51,823 bases of DNA from an uncultured bacterium (lineage in GTDB: Bacteria > Armatimonadota > Hebobacteria > Hebobacterales > Hebobacteraceae). The stretch covers positions 1 to 51,823 of the forward strand of contig CAYLPT010000003.1 of NCBI GenBank assembly GCA_964385645.1, given 5' to 3'. Shown here in pieces: positions 9,167-18,455 of the stretch (positions are counted from its first letter, which is position 1; every line of letters starts with the position of its first letter). The notes under the pieces are model-generated. The model was not told the origin of the DNA. It did not search any database and was given only the letters and a program-made list of their open reading frames with translations. Both the position numbers and the translations under genes were made by a program.

Positions 9167-10611
9167 CAGGGCTGTCCACCCGTCCATTTGCTTGGACCTG
9201 CTCCACCCGCGTGAGCCGCGTCGTCTCCTGCGCCATGATGGTCAGGCTGCGCAGCAGTTGTCTTCTCCGCGCGCCCGCTCCCACTGAGAGCACATGCGGC
9301 GCGGTACGCCCTGCCGAGCAGGCGGCGTGCCGTCTCGGAGCAGTGACTCGGCGACAGGGCACCGGCGAGCCTGGAGCGGGCAAGTCGCCTGCGCGCACCT
9401 CTGGCAAACTCTTTCGCCGAGTCGCACTGGGCCATGAGAAGCGACCATTCCATGTGCCGACGCGCCTGCCTCAGGCTCGCGCGCGGGGCAGTGGAGTGCC
9501 AGCGCTCGCCAACCCCGTGCTCAGGTAGCTGGTGCCCCATCTCCGCCCAGACCTGGCAGTACGCCGCCCACTCCTGACGCTTGCGGGGGATGCCCTGACC
9601 CTGGAGGATGCTCTGGGGAGACACTGGCTCCAGCTGGACCGCCTGCGCCCTGGTGGCGCACTTGATGAGCCGCGCGCCCTGCGCGGTCCTCACGAGCACT
9701 GCGGAGACGCCGGCCTCGTCCGTCACCAGGTTGTACCCGTCGCCAAGTGTGACATCTGCCAGTACATTCATCTTATCGAAGCACAGACGGCACCTGGGCG
9801 GCCGGAAGGCCTCCTTGCACCCCATGCGGACCTCGCGCGGCAGCCAGTGTTCTGTCCCGTGTGCATCACAGACCAGCGTGTCCCCGGGCCATCCCCGCCA
9901 GCGCTTGCTTCTATAGGCGAAGTGCGAGACGGCGCTGCGATCCACTCCGGAGCGTGACACCAAGTAGTGAGCGGCGTGGTAGGATAGCACGCCCTCGCAG
10001 ATGAGCCCTACCGCATACACGGTAACGTCCCGCAACGCGGCAACGCGCCGTTGTGCATTACGAAGGGCGTGAACATGGCACGGCAGGCCCGAAAAAGCAA
10101 GTGAGGTGCCCGGCTTGAGAGCACGCATGACCTCGGCCATGGCGGGCGTGGGGCAGTATCTGGAGCCTTGGGCAGCCTTCACGACCTCACTGTCAGAGGT
10201 CACCAGCGTGAGTGGCCGAGTCGGAGCGTCCGGCCTCCACCCGGTCACCACAGCTGCTTGGATGAGCTCGGCGTCGAGCGCAGCCAGCAAGATGGCCGTA
10301 GCGACGCCTCCGCTCGCTCCCGACCAGAGCACATGCTGGTCTGTGGCCTGGCCCCGGTAAGCGGCTACAACGGCGCCCTCGAAGGGGTCGGCCTCAGCAG
10401 GGAGCAGCCCTTTCTCCAGGTGCGTGCCCGGACAGATAGCCGTGCAGAGGCCACAATGTGTGCACCTTCCGTTGTCTACCCTAGGCCAGAGCAAGCCTCC
10501 CGGCGTCTCTGCCATCGTCACAGCGCCCTCCGGACATATGCCGGCACAGGCGCCGCATCCTGTGCATAGCAACGCCTCGACTACTGCCTCCATGTTGCGA
10601 ACGGCGCTCAC
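9166..10611 (-). CDS. Coenzyme F420 hydrogenase/dehydrogenase beta-subunit (FrhB/FdhB) family protein with an N-terminal 2x[4Fe-4S] ferredoxin domain
   Basis: Two CxxCxxCxxxCP motifs, plus 'SGGVATA', 'GSRY', 'GLPC', 'GLIC', 'GWPG' and 'CRLCFD...ADVTLGD'. GTG start overlaps the upstream TGA. Confidence 0.88.
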   Translation of the reverse strand: MSAVRNMEAVVEALLCTGCGACAGICPEGAVTMAETPGGLLWPRVDNGRCTHCGLCTAICPGTHLEKGLLPAEADPFEGAVVAAYRGQATDQHVLWSGASGGVATAILLAALDAELIQAAVVTGWRPDAPTRPLTLVTSDSEVVKAAQGSRYCPTPAMAEVMRALKPGTSLAFSGLPCHVHALRNAQRRVAALRDVTVYAVGLICEGVLSYHAAHYLVSRSGVDRSAVSHFAYRSKRWRGWPGDTLVCDAHGTEHWLPREVRMGCKEAFRPPRCRLCFDKMNVLADVTLGDGYNLVTDEAGVSAVLVRTAQGARLIKCATRAQAVQLEPVSPQSILQGQGIPRKRQEWAAYCQVWAEMGHQLPEHGVGERWHSTAPRASLRQARRHMEWSLLMAQCDSAKEFARGARRRLARSRLAGALSPSHCSETARRLLGRAYRAACALSGSGRAEKTTAAQPDHHGAGDDAAHAGGAGPSKWTGGQP

Positions 10612-11846
10612 CAGCGACACTCCAAGAGCAGCTCAGCCGTGTGATCGAACACCGCGTCGGCCGACTTCTCCATCGGGGGCACCGTGCTCTCTAGCACCTC
10701 GGCCAGCTCGCGCCGACGCTGCCACGCCTGCTTGACGAGGGGCAGTAGTGAGTCCTGGTCGGCAGTCTTGCACTGCAGTACATACTCACCGAGCCCAACG
10801 TCTCGCATCAGCTCGTCGTACTTGTGTGCCCAGCCCACGACCACCGCAGGGATGCGCTGCGACAGCGCAGCGATGGTGGCGTGGTAGCGTGAGCTGATGA
10901 GCAGCTCCACGTGCCCAATGACCGACTTGACCTCGGCCGCGGTGTAGTCTCCGGTCATCGCGAAGACCCGGCCGTTTCCCGCCGCCTCCTGCACGAGTGA
11001 GCACAGGTAGCGGTCATCCCTGGACGCACCTGATCGGATCTCGTGCGGTATCAGGGCCAGCTGGGCCCCCAGCCGACCTGAGCAGAACGCGGCCACAGCG
11101 GCCAGGAGTTGTACGTATCTGTTTGCGGGGCCCTTCCCCTCGGTGCGTTCGTACACGCGCATGTTCGGGACGATGCCGATCACCGGACCCGCGTGGGGCG
11201 AGACGCCAACGCCGACGAGCAGTGCCCGTCCCTCCTCGGAGGCAGCTCCCTGGAATCGGAACGCTACGTCCGAGCCCAGGTGGAGCTTCCCATCAGGCCT
11301 TCCAGGAAGGTTCTGCAGGTAGGCGTGTGACTGCCTGTCCCGCGCGTAGATGGCCCGCGCTAGCCGGCAGACCTGGGCCGCGGGCTCCACCACGAGGGGA
11401 TTGGAGAAGGGGCCCCAGGCCTGAGGAAGGTAGACGACTGACCTCGCTCGCACGCCGTTGAGGCATTCCATTAGGTGAAGGTGGTATCTCGCCGAACCCG
11501 GAAACCGATCGCCTATGGCGAACCCACTCACGTCAACCATGGCGTCCGCTCGACATCGGACTATATGCCGGAGCGAGGGCACATCTCTGGGGCTCTCTAC
11601 GGCCACCCGCGCCAGGCGTCTGGACGTAAGCGCACCAGCAACTAGGCAGACCACTTTGCCAGCAGTCGTGCGGTGCCCAAGGACGGGTTCGCAGTTCTCG
11701 CTCTCGACTAGGCGCGCAGCATCTGGGGAGGCAGGCACTAGGAACCTGGCCCGCGGCACGCGCCTCGCCAGCTCGCGCTGGGCGGTCAGGACCATCGCCT
11801 CGGCGCCCTTGTTCACGAAGCCTCCCCCGTGGATGAGGATCCTCAT
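10608..11846 (-). CDS. Polysaccharide pyruvyl transferase family protein (WcaK/CsaB-like)
   Basis: 'NKGAEAM', 'PQAWGPF', 'ARDRQS', 'SDVAF', 'SSRYHATIAALS...WAHKY'. Confidence 0.92.
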   Translation of the reverse strand: MRILIHGGGFVNKGAEAMVLTAQRELARRVPRARFLVPASPDAARLVESENCEPVLGHRTTAGKVVCLVAGALTSRRLARVAVESPRDVPSLRHIVRCRADAMVDVSGFAIGDRFPGSARYHLHLMECLNGVRARSVVYLPQAWGPFSNPLVVEPAAQVCRLARAIYARDRQSHAYLQNLPGRPDGKLHLGSDVAFRFQGAASEEGRALLVGVGVSPHAGPVIGIVPNMRVYERTEGKGPANRYVQLLAAVAAFCSGRLGAQLALIPHEIRSGASRDDRYLCSLVQEAAGNGRVFAMTGDYTAAEVKSVIGHVELLISSRYHATIAALSQRIPAVVVGWAHKYDELMRDVGLGEYVLQCKTADQDSLLPLVKQAWQRRRELAEVLESTVPPMEKSADAVFDHTAELLLECRW

Positions 11847-11956
11847 CTGCTCCCCCGTCGCGTCCGAGGTGCCTTGACAAGCTGCCCATGGCCGTCCCGC
11901 CCGCGACGGACTCGGCGCCAGCAGTTGGCAGTTGTGCTGTGCATCGTGCTCGCCAC

Positions 11957-13348
11957 CTACTTCGGACTCGCCGTTCCCCTAAGGGCGCTTCGAGGCCGCC
12001 ACACCGAGCCCAGATATGTGATGTCTCTCCGACGGGGAAGCACGGCCGCTGCCAGCGGGGCGCGCGCTGTCCTCATGTACCAGAGAAGTGATACTGCCGC
12101 CTTGCCCGAGTACGCCGCGGAGGACACGAGCCCGGCTCCCAGTATGCCCAGTTGCGGGATCAGGAGCAGGCCCATGCCGACAGTAAGAAGCAGAGCGGCG
12201 ACCGATCCCCAGGTCAAGGCCTGTGGGCGATCATGTCCGACCAAATACGGCCCGACGACCTTCCCCGCGCTCAGAGCCAACACCCCCGGCAAGAGGGCCC
12301 AGAGCACTGGGCCAGCGGACGCAAACTCCGCGCCGAACACCAGAGGTATCAAGGGCGGACCGGCCACAGCGGCCACGACGCAGGCGAGCCCCACGACAAG
12401 CATGGTCATGCGACAGGCGCGTGCGGTCAGTTCGGCGCTGTCGCTTCTGGTGGAGCTGGTGCGCGGGTATAGAGCATTCCCTACCGCGCCCGGGACGTGC
12501 CAGATGAGCTCCGCGAGGGTCACCGCAACTCCGTAGATGCCCACCGCGGCAGGCCCCAGGAAGAAGTTGACGACGAACTGGTCGAGGCGGTAGTTCAGGA
12601 ACTGAGCGATGAACCCGAAGTGGAGCTTGACGCTAAAGCGCACCGCGGAGACGATGGCTGCGAGGTCGAGGGCCGGCCGGATACGCGCCTGGCGGCCCAC
12701 CATCAGGAAGATAAGGGCAGAACCAACGTAGTTGTTGATCGTGAACGCCAGCAGCGCGCCGACAACGCCCCACCTCACACCGAGAACGAGCAACGCACAC
12801 AAGGCGAGCCTGGTGGTGGAGGTGATCGCGCCCACGCGGGCACTGAGTCGGATCAAACCCGCGCCTGTGAGGCAGAGTCCGGCTGTCTCGCCGAAGAGCC
12901 CTGCCGGCAGTCCGATTGCCGCCACCACCAGACTGAGCGTCCAGACGCCGCGGATTACCTGTCCTGCCCATAGGATGCCAGCAACACAGGCCAGCAGCGC
13001 GCCGATCACACCGACGACGAGGGAGAACGTCAGCCCGTTGGAGAGCGCTTCCGACAGAGACAGCTTGCGCTGCCCGATGTAGTAGATGAAGCCGTACCCG
13101 ATGCTCATCGGGAGCACGAGGCCGAACAGCCCGACCCAGAGCCCGGCCACGGCCAGCTCCCCTCGTCCCGCCGCGCCGAGCGCACGCGCGGTGATGACCG
13201 AGGTGCCAGCGCCCATTAGCAGGCCCAGAGCGCGGCGACCCATGATGGCACCGACGTCCCCTAGCAGGCCGGGCTCGTGCGTCGTCGCAGCATCGGCAGG
13301 GCTGCCGGCGCCATGCACGCCATTCGCTGCTTCTGTCTTCCCACTCAC
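11957..13348 (-). CDS. Wzx-type polysaccharide flippase
   Basis: About 12 TM segments, 'ITARALGAAGRG' and 'NYRLDQFVVNFFLGPAAVGIYGVA'. The start is uncertain (GTG 13348, GTG 13318 or ATG 13531). Confidence 0.88.
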   Translation of the reverse strand: MSGKTEAANGVHGAGSPADAATTHEPGLLGDVGAIMGRRALGLLMGAGTSVITARALGAAGRGELAVAGLWVGLFGLVLPMSIGYGFIYYIGQRKLSLSEALSNGLTFSLVVGVIGALLACVAGILWAGQVIRGVWTLSLVVAAIGLPAGLFGETAGLCLTGAGLIRLSARVGAITSTTRLALCALLVLGVRWGVVGALLAFTINNYVGSALIFLMVGRQARIRPALDLAAIVSAVRFSVKLHFGFIAQFLNYRLDQFVVNFFLGPAAVGIYGVAVTLAELIWHVPGAVGNALYPRTSSTRSDSAELTARACRMTMLVVGLACVVAAVAGPPLIPLVFGAEFASAGPVLWALLPGVLALSAGKVVGPYLVGHDRPQALTWGSVAALLLTVGMGLLLIPQLGILGAGLVSSAAYSGKAAVSLLWYMRTARAPLAAAVLPRRRDITYLGSVWRPRSALRGTASPK

Positions 13349-13548
13349 CCTGTTGTCCAGCCGTGTCTTGCCCAAGCACCTGCTGCCCTGCCGCCTGGTG
13401 CTAGCCGACAGAGGAAGCTCTGTCCCGCGGACCTGGGGGCCGGCTTGCTCTACGAGTCTGCCCGGAGAGACTCTGGTGTCTCCTTGCGCACGTCGGCGGC
13501 AGAGCTTCACCCAGATGTCAGCGCGCGGCATTCTGTCGAGGCGGCGGA

Positions 13549-13564
13549 TGCAAGAGTCGTGCCA
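13549..13564 (-). promoter_or_regulatory. sigma-54 (-24/-12) promoter for the flippase-to-GT cassette
   Basis: TGGCACG-ACTC-TTGCA is an exact match to TGGCACG-N4-TTGC(A/T). It is intergenic and correctly oriented. Confidence 0.85.
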
Positions 13565-13657
13565 CGGGCGTCAGACGGTCACGAGGGGCTGTGGGACGGC
13601 GCAGATCGGGGTGCGGGCGAGAGGCTGCCGCCGGTGTGACAAGACGCTGAGAAGCGG

Positions 13658-14713
13658 TCAGGTCCCCGCCCGTGTCAGGACGGTGACGACGGTCATGAGG
13701 AGGATGCGGAGGTCGTGCCAGAGGGACATGCGGTGGAGGTAGATCCAGTCGTAGCGCAGCTTGTGGTAGACGCTGGTGAGGTAGTCGCCGTAGACCTGGG
13801 CGAGGCCGGTGATGCCGGGGCGGACCTTGAGCCGCTCCAGGTAGCCCGGGATGTGGGCGGCGAACTCGCTGACGAACTCGGGGCGCTCGGGCCGGGGCCC
13901 GACGACGCTCATCTCGCCCTTCAGGACGTTCCAGAACTGCGGGATCTCGTCCAACCGGGTCTGGCGGAGGAAGCGCCCGACGGGGGTGATGCGCTGGTCG
14001 TACTCGTGGGCGAGGACGGGCCCGGTCCCCCGCTCGGCGTCAATGACCATGCTGCGGAGCTTGTAGATGCGAAACGGCCGCCCGTCCCGGCCTGAGCGCT
14101 CCTGGCTGTAGAACACGGGGCCGGGGGAGGTGAGCTTGATGGCGACGGCCGCCAGGCAGACCAGGGGCAGGCAGAGGATGAGCATGAGCAGGCTGAAGAC
14201 GATGTCGAAGGCCCGCTTGGCGAGCAGAAAGAGGCGGCACGGCCCGACTCCCCGGAGGCACACGAGGGGGATGTCGGCGACCGGCTCGATGCGGCAGTCG
14301 CCGACCATCGCGTCGTAGAAGCCGGGAAGGACCTTGATGCGGAGCGCCCGGGAGGCGGTCCGCTCCATCGTCCGCTTGATGAGGTCCTCCTGCCAGCTCG
14401 GCATGTAGGCGACGATGACCTCGTCCACCTGGTGGGCCTCGACGATGTCGAGGACCTGGTCGAAGCGCCCCAGGATGGGCAGGCCGTCGAGACGGGGCAG
14501 GTCGAGGCGGTCGTCCGCGAAGCCCACGACCTCGAAGTGCCCATTGGTGCGGCCCATCATGAGCTCGGCGGCGATGTCCTGCCCCCGCGCGCCGGCCCCG
14601 ACGATGAGCACCCGGCGCCGGCGCTCCTGACGCGGGTCGCCGTTGCGCCCAAGGCGCAGGAACCGGCGGGGCGCTGCCTTCAGCCCAAGGCTCTTGTGAG
14701 AGGCCTGTGCCAT
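13658..14713 (-). CDS. Priming undecaprenyl-phosphate sugar phosphotransferase (WcaJ/Bac_transf family) with a Rossmann-like domain
   Basis: 'VLIVGAG', 'KRAFD', 'YKLRSM', 'LDEIPQFWNVLKGEMSVVGPRPERP', 'RPGITGLAQV'. Confidence 0.95.
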   Translation of the reverse strand: MAQASHKSLGLKAAPRRFLRLGRNGDPRQERRRRVLIVGAGARGQDIAAELMMGRTNGHFEVVGFADDRLDLPRLDGLPILGRFDQVLDIVEAHQVDEVIVAYMPSWQEDLIKRTMERTASRALRIKVLPGFYDAMVGDCRIEPVADIPLVCLRGVGPCRLFLLAKRAFDIVFSLLMLILCLPLVCLAAVAIKLTSPGPVFYSQERSGRDGRPFRIYKLRSMVIDAERGTGPVLAHEYDQRITPVGRFLRQTRLDEIPQFWNVLKGEMSVVGPRPERPEFVSEFAAHIPGYLERLKVRPGITGLAQVYGDYLTSVYHKLRYDWIYLHRMSLWHDLRILLMTVVTVLTRAGT

Positions 14714-14720
14714 CTGGCGA

Positions 14721-15746
14721 TCAACCCCACGGGACCGACTCGTCGAGCAGGCTGAGCTGAAGCGACGGCGGGCGCGCGGCGACCGGCGAGGCGGGTGAGT
14801 GAGCGGAGCCGTTCGACCCGGGCGGCGTCCACTCTGCGGAGGCCGGGCTGTGGGCGAGCATGTCGGAGAGCGTGCCGAAGCGGAAGGCGCGAATGAGCCG
14901 GGCGATCCGCGCCTGGGTGTGCTCCAGGTTTGCGTAGCTGCGCAGCCGGCGGAAGGGAGACAGCGCGAAGCGCGGGATGTCCGGGTCGAGCTCCCAGGGG
15001 TGGAGGTAGAAGACCACCGGCTCGCCCCGCTCGTTCAGGCGGCGACAGAACATCTCAACGGCCCACTCGGGCAGCAGGCGGAAGTACGCCCCGCCGGCGA
15101 ACGGGAAGTTCCGCCCTGCCAGGCGCACGGTGGAGGGCGGGACCTCCACGATGCCGGCCGAGCCGTTGACGCGCACCCGGTGGGGCAGCCGGGGAGCCCC
15201 GAGGAAGCCGTAGCGCTCGTGGTAGATCGGGAACACGCTGGAGTCGGTGTCGAAGCCGGCGTACTCGAGGACCTCGAAGGCCCAGGTTGAGCGAGGGGTG
15301 ATCGAGAACGAGGGCGCGCGGTAGCAGCGGGCGCGCACCCCGGCGGCCTCGCCGATGCACTGCGTCGCGCGGAAGAGGTCGGCCGCGAACTGCTCGGGGC
15401 TCTGGTCGAAGACGAGCCGGTGGGCGTAGCCGTGGGAGCCGATCTCATGGCCCGCGTCGCGTATCTCCCTGACGAGGTGCGGGAACCGCGCGGCGTTCCA
15501 GCCCAGGACGAAGAAGGTGGCACGCACCCCGGCGGCGGCAAGGAGATCCAGGAGGCGCCGCGTGTTCTCCACCAGGCGCGGCCGGCAGTTGCGCCAGTCC
15601 TCGAACGGGATGATGTGCTCCACGTTCGAGACCTGGAACCAGTCCTCCAGGTCAACCGTAAGCGCGTTCAGGGTGGGCGCCGCCGGCTGCGGGACCGGCG
15701 CTTCTCCGGTGTGGAGAGTCGGCTCAACGGCGCCCGCGGGCATCAT
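14721..15746 (-). CDS. Polysaccharide deacetylase, exosortase/PEP-CTERM-associated type (CE4 plus DUF3473-like)
   Basis: 'NALTVDLEDWFQV', 'ATFFVLGW', 'HEIGSHGYAH', 'YRAPSFSI', 'GGAYFRLLP', 'FYLHPWELDP'. Confidence 0.93.
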   Translation of the reverse strand: MMPAGAVEPTLHTGEAPVPQPAAPTLNALTVDLEDWFQVSNVEHIIPFEDWRNCRPRLVENTRRLLDLLAAAGVRATFFVLGWNAARFPHLVREIRDAGHEIGSHGYAHRLVFDQSPEQFAADLFRATQCIGEAAGVRARCYRAPSFSITPRSTWAFEVLEYAGFDTDSSVFPIYHERYGFLGAPRLPHRVRVNGSAGIVEVPPSTVRLAGRNFPFAGGAYFRLLPEWAVEMFCRRLNERGEPVVFYLHPWELDPDIPRFALSPFRRLRSYANLEHTQARIARLIRAFRFGTLSDMLAHSPASAEWTPPGSNGSAHSPASPVAARPPSLQLSLLDESVPWG

Positions 15747-18421
15747 GGCGACTGCTCCTCGGCCGCCGTGAAGCGGCGCATGGCCGGCGGGTCGCCGGGC
15801 TCGCCGAGGGGGCCGAGCGAACGGCCGTTGACAGTGACCTCGATGGCCGCGGGGCGGTTCGCCCAGAGCGTGATCTCCTCCGACGCTTGCCAGATCTGCT
15901 GGCCGCCGGTGAGGACGCCCTCGTAGAGCAGCCGGCCGTCGGTCTCGACGCGGAGCTCGACCGGCTGCCGGATGACCGCGATGACCCTGAGCCCCGGCGC
16001 GGCCGGGGCCGGCGCCACCGCGGCCGGGGCCGCGGGCGGGTGGACGGCCAGCCGGCCCGAGGCGACCAGGGCCGCTGCGGCGAGCGCGAGAGCCGCGACG
16101 CCGAGAAGCACAAGGACGCCGCGGCGCAGACGGCCGGGGCGGATAGCGCGCCCGGGAGCGGAGGGCATCTCCTCGACGGCCTGCTGTGGGGCAGCAGGCT
16201 CGCCAGGCGCGGCGGCGCGGTCCTCAGCCGGAGGGTTCGGCCGCGCGGGCACCTCGGCCGGCATGGGCTCGGCCGCCGATCCGGCGCCGGGCGGGGAGCC
16301 CGGCGGCAGGGCACGGGTGGTGGGGTAGTAGTGCCGGTGGAAGTAGTAGCTGTCCACCGCATCGGCCGGGGCCTGGTTGAGCACCGCGCCGATGACGTTG
16401 GCGCCGACCTTCTGGAAGAGGCGCTTAGTGCGCAGCTCCGCCTCGCGCACGGGCTGGCTGGCGCGGACGACGAGGATGACGCCGTCCACCAGCGGGCCCA
16501 GCAGCGCCGCGTCGGCGAACGCGGCGGCCGAGGGCGTATCAATGATGACGTAGTCGCTGTTCTGCTTGAGCCGGTCGAGGAGAGTACGCATGCGGCCGGA
16601 GCTCAGCAGGGCGGCCGGGTTGTCCACCGGCGGCCCGGCCGGCAGAAGGAGCAGGTTCTCGAGGGAGGTGCGCCGGAGCGCCTTCGCCGCACCCTCGCTC
16701 CCATTGGCGAGGAGCGTGGTGAGGCCGGCGTTGTTGGGCTCGTCGAAGAACGCGTGCAGGCCGGGGCGGCGCATGTCCGCGTCCACGAGGACGACGCGGT
16801 GGCCGACCTCAGCGAGGGCGGTGGCGAGGTTGACGGCGGTGGTGGAGCCGCCCTGCCCAGGCCTCGCGGTGGCGATCATGAGGGTGCGCACGGGGGACGC
16901 GCCGTTCTGATGGACGAGCTCGGTGCGCAGGAAGCGGAACGCCTCGGCGTGGGGGGAAAGAGGCCGCAGCTCGGTGATGCGGGCGAGCGGAACGCCGTCC
17001 GCCTCCGCGGTGAGCTCGGGTATGACGGCGGGGACGGGCAGCTCCAGCTCGCGGTGCAGGTCCTCGCCCGCCCGGAGCTTGTCGTCAATGAAAGCGAGCG
17101 CCAGCGCGCCGCCCAGCCCGAGCCCGAGGCTCAGGATCACGCCGAGCAGCAGCAACTGGATGACCGAGGGGCCCTTCTTCGTGACCGGGCCGACAGCCGA
17201 CTTGGCCTGGTCAACGATCTGTATCTCGCCGGCGCTCGCGCTGACCTTCTCCTCCACCCGAGCGTCCTCGAGCATGGCGAGCAGCCGGGCGTGCCGGGTC
17301 TCGGCGTTGGCGTAGTCCCGGGTCTGCGACATCAGGGCCACGGAGGCGTCGGCGAGCTGCGCGGCGCGGCGCTCGTTGTCCGCCATGGCGCCGGCGAGCG
17401 AGTTCAGGCGCGCGGCGAGCGCCGTCCGCTCTGCCTCCAGGTCCACGAGCTGCTCCTGCAACCTGTGGTAAGTCGGGTTCGGCTCGACCGTCCGCCGCGT
17501 GATCATGCGGTCGGCTTCCCGCGCCAGGCGCTCGCGCACGTCCTCGATCTGGGTCTCCAGGTCTCTAACCGTGCGGTGCCTGTCTGTATACCGGGCACGT
17601 GCGAGGAGCAGATCGCGCTCCAACTGGGCCAGGCGGCTCTGGAGTTCCAGGGTCACGGGGTTGTCAGTGGTGGCGGTCTCGGTCTCCCTGGCAGGCGGCT
17701 GCTCCCGGAGCTCGGCCCTCACCGCGCGGATCCGGCCCTCCACCTCCCGGAGCCGGGAGCGGGCCGCATCGGTCTCAGCGCGGAGGGCGTAGAACTGCCT
17801 CAGGAAGGGGTTCTCCGCGGTTCCGACCGGCAGTGCAGCCTCGCCCTGCGCGCTCTTGAAGGCCTGTAGTTCGGCCTTGGCGCGCTCCAGGTCGGCCGCC
17901 GCGGCGGCCACTTCGCCCTCGAGGAACTCGCGATTGCGCTTGGCTTGCTGGCTGGCGATCTCCTGGTAGTAGCGGGCGAACTCGTGAGCGATGGCGTTGG
18001 CGAGCGCCACGGCCCCGTCGGAGGTGCGCGAGAGGCAGGTGATCCGGATGATGCTGCCGGCCGCGGGCTCTACCTTCACCAGGTCCTCAAGCTGGGCCGG
18101 GGTCATCCTGAGCCCGAGGGACCGGATGGCGTTGTGGCGGACCTCCGAGGTGCGGGCGAGCCCGATGAACGTGCCCATGAGCTCGTCCTTGCGCCGCGGG
18201 TCGGGCCCGCGCGCCGCCTGTTGCTGGTGGTCCAGGCCGGGGATGAGCGGCTTGGTGAGGGCGGCCTCGGAGGGCATGACGAAGGCCGATGCTCGGTAGT
18301 AGCGCGGCATGAGGATGCAGCCGAGGGCGACGACGGTCAGCGTGGAGGCGCAGACCGCAATGACCAGCCATCGCCGCCGGTAGACCTCGCGATAGAGCCG
18401 CCAGAAGTCGCGCGCGTTCAT
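15743..18421 (-). CDS. Wzc/GumC-like polysaccharide co-polymerase with a BY-kinase-like domain (degenerate Walker A), followed by an extra TM helix and a RodZ C-terminal (DUF4115)-like domain
   Basis: N-terminal Wzz TM, long coiled coil, second TM, then 'EAFRFLRT', 'PGQGGSTT', 'VDADMRRP', 'IIDTP' and a Tyr cluster 'SYYFHRHYY'. A third TM precedes 'LRVETDGRLLYEGVL...IEVTVNGRSLGPLG'. Confidence 0.9.
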   Translation of the reverse strand: MNARDFWRLYREVYRRRWLVIAVCASTLTVVALGCILMPRYYRASAFVMPSEAALTKPLIPGLDHQQQAARGPDPRRKDELMGTFIGLARTSEVRHNAIRSLGLRMTPAQLEDLVKVEPAAGSIIRITCLSRTSDGAVALANAIAHEFARYYQEIASQQAKRNREFLEGEVAAAAADLERAKAELQAFKSAQGEAALPVGTAENPFLRQFYALRAETDAARSRLREVEGRIRAVRAELREQPPARETETATTDNPVTLELQSRLAQLERDLLLARARYTDRHRTVRDLETQIEDVRERLAREADRMITRRTVEPNPTYHRLQEQLVDLEAERTALAARLNSLAGAMADNERRAAQLADASVALMSQTRDYANAETRHARLLAMLEDARVEEKVSASAGEIQIVDQAKSAVGPVTKKGPSVIQLLLLGVILSLGLGLGGALALAFIDDKLRAGEDLHRELELPVPAVIPELTAEADGVPLARITELRPLSPHAEAFRFLRTELVHQNGASPVRTLMIATARPGQGGSTTAVNLATALAEVGHRVVLVDADMRRPGLHAFFDEPNNAGLTTLLANGSEGAAKALRRTSLENLLLLPAGPPVDNPAALLSSGRMRTLLDRLKQNSDYVIIDTPSAAAFADAALLGPLVDGVILVVRASQPVREAELRTKRLFQKVGANVIGAVLNQAPADAVDSYYFHRHYYPTTRALPPGSPPGAGSAAEPMPAEVPARPNPPAEDRAAAPGEPAAPQQAVEEMPSAPGRAIRPGRLRRGVLVLLGVAALALAAAALVASGRLAVHPPAAPAAVAPAPAAPGLRVIAVIRQPVELRVETDGRLLYEGVLTGGQQIWQASEEITLWANRPAAIEVTVNGRSLGPLGEPGDPPAMRRFTAAEEQSP

Positions 18422-18455
18422 GCTCCCTGCTTCCCGCGCAGCCGGCTCGCCAGCT

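Noticed and set aside
15887-17869. 660-aa plus-strand ORF
   Set aside because: It is the antisense shadow of the GC3-rich wzc gene and has no recognisable motifs.
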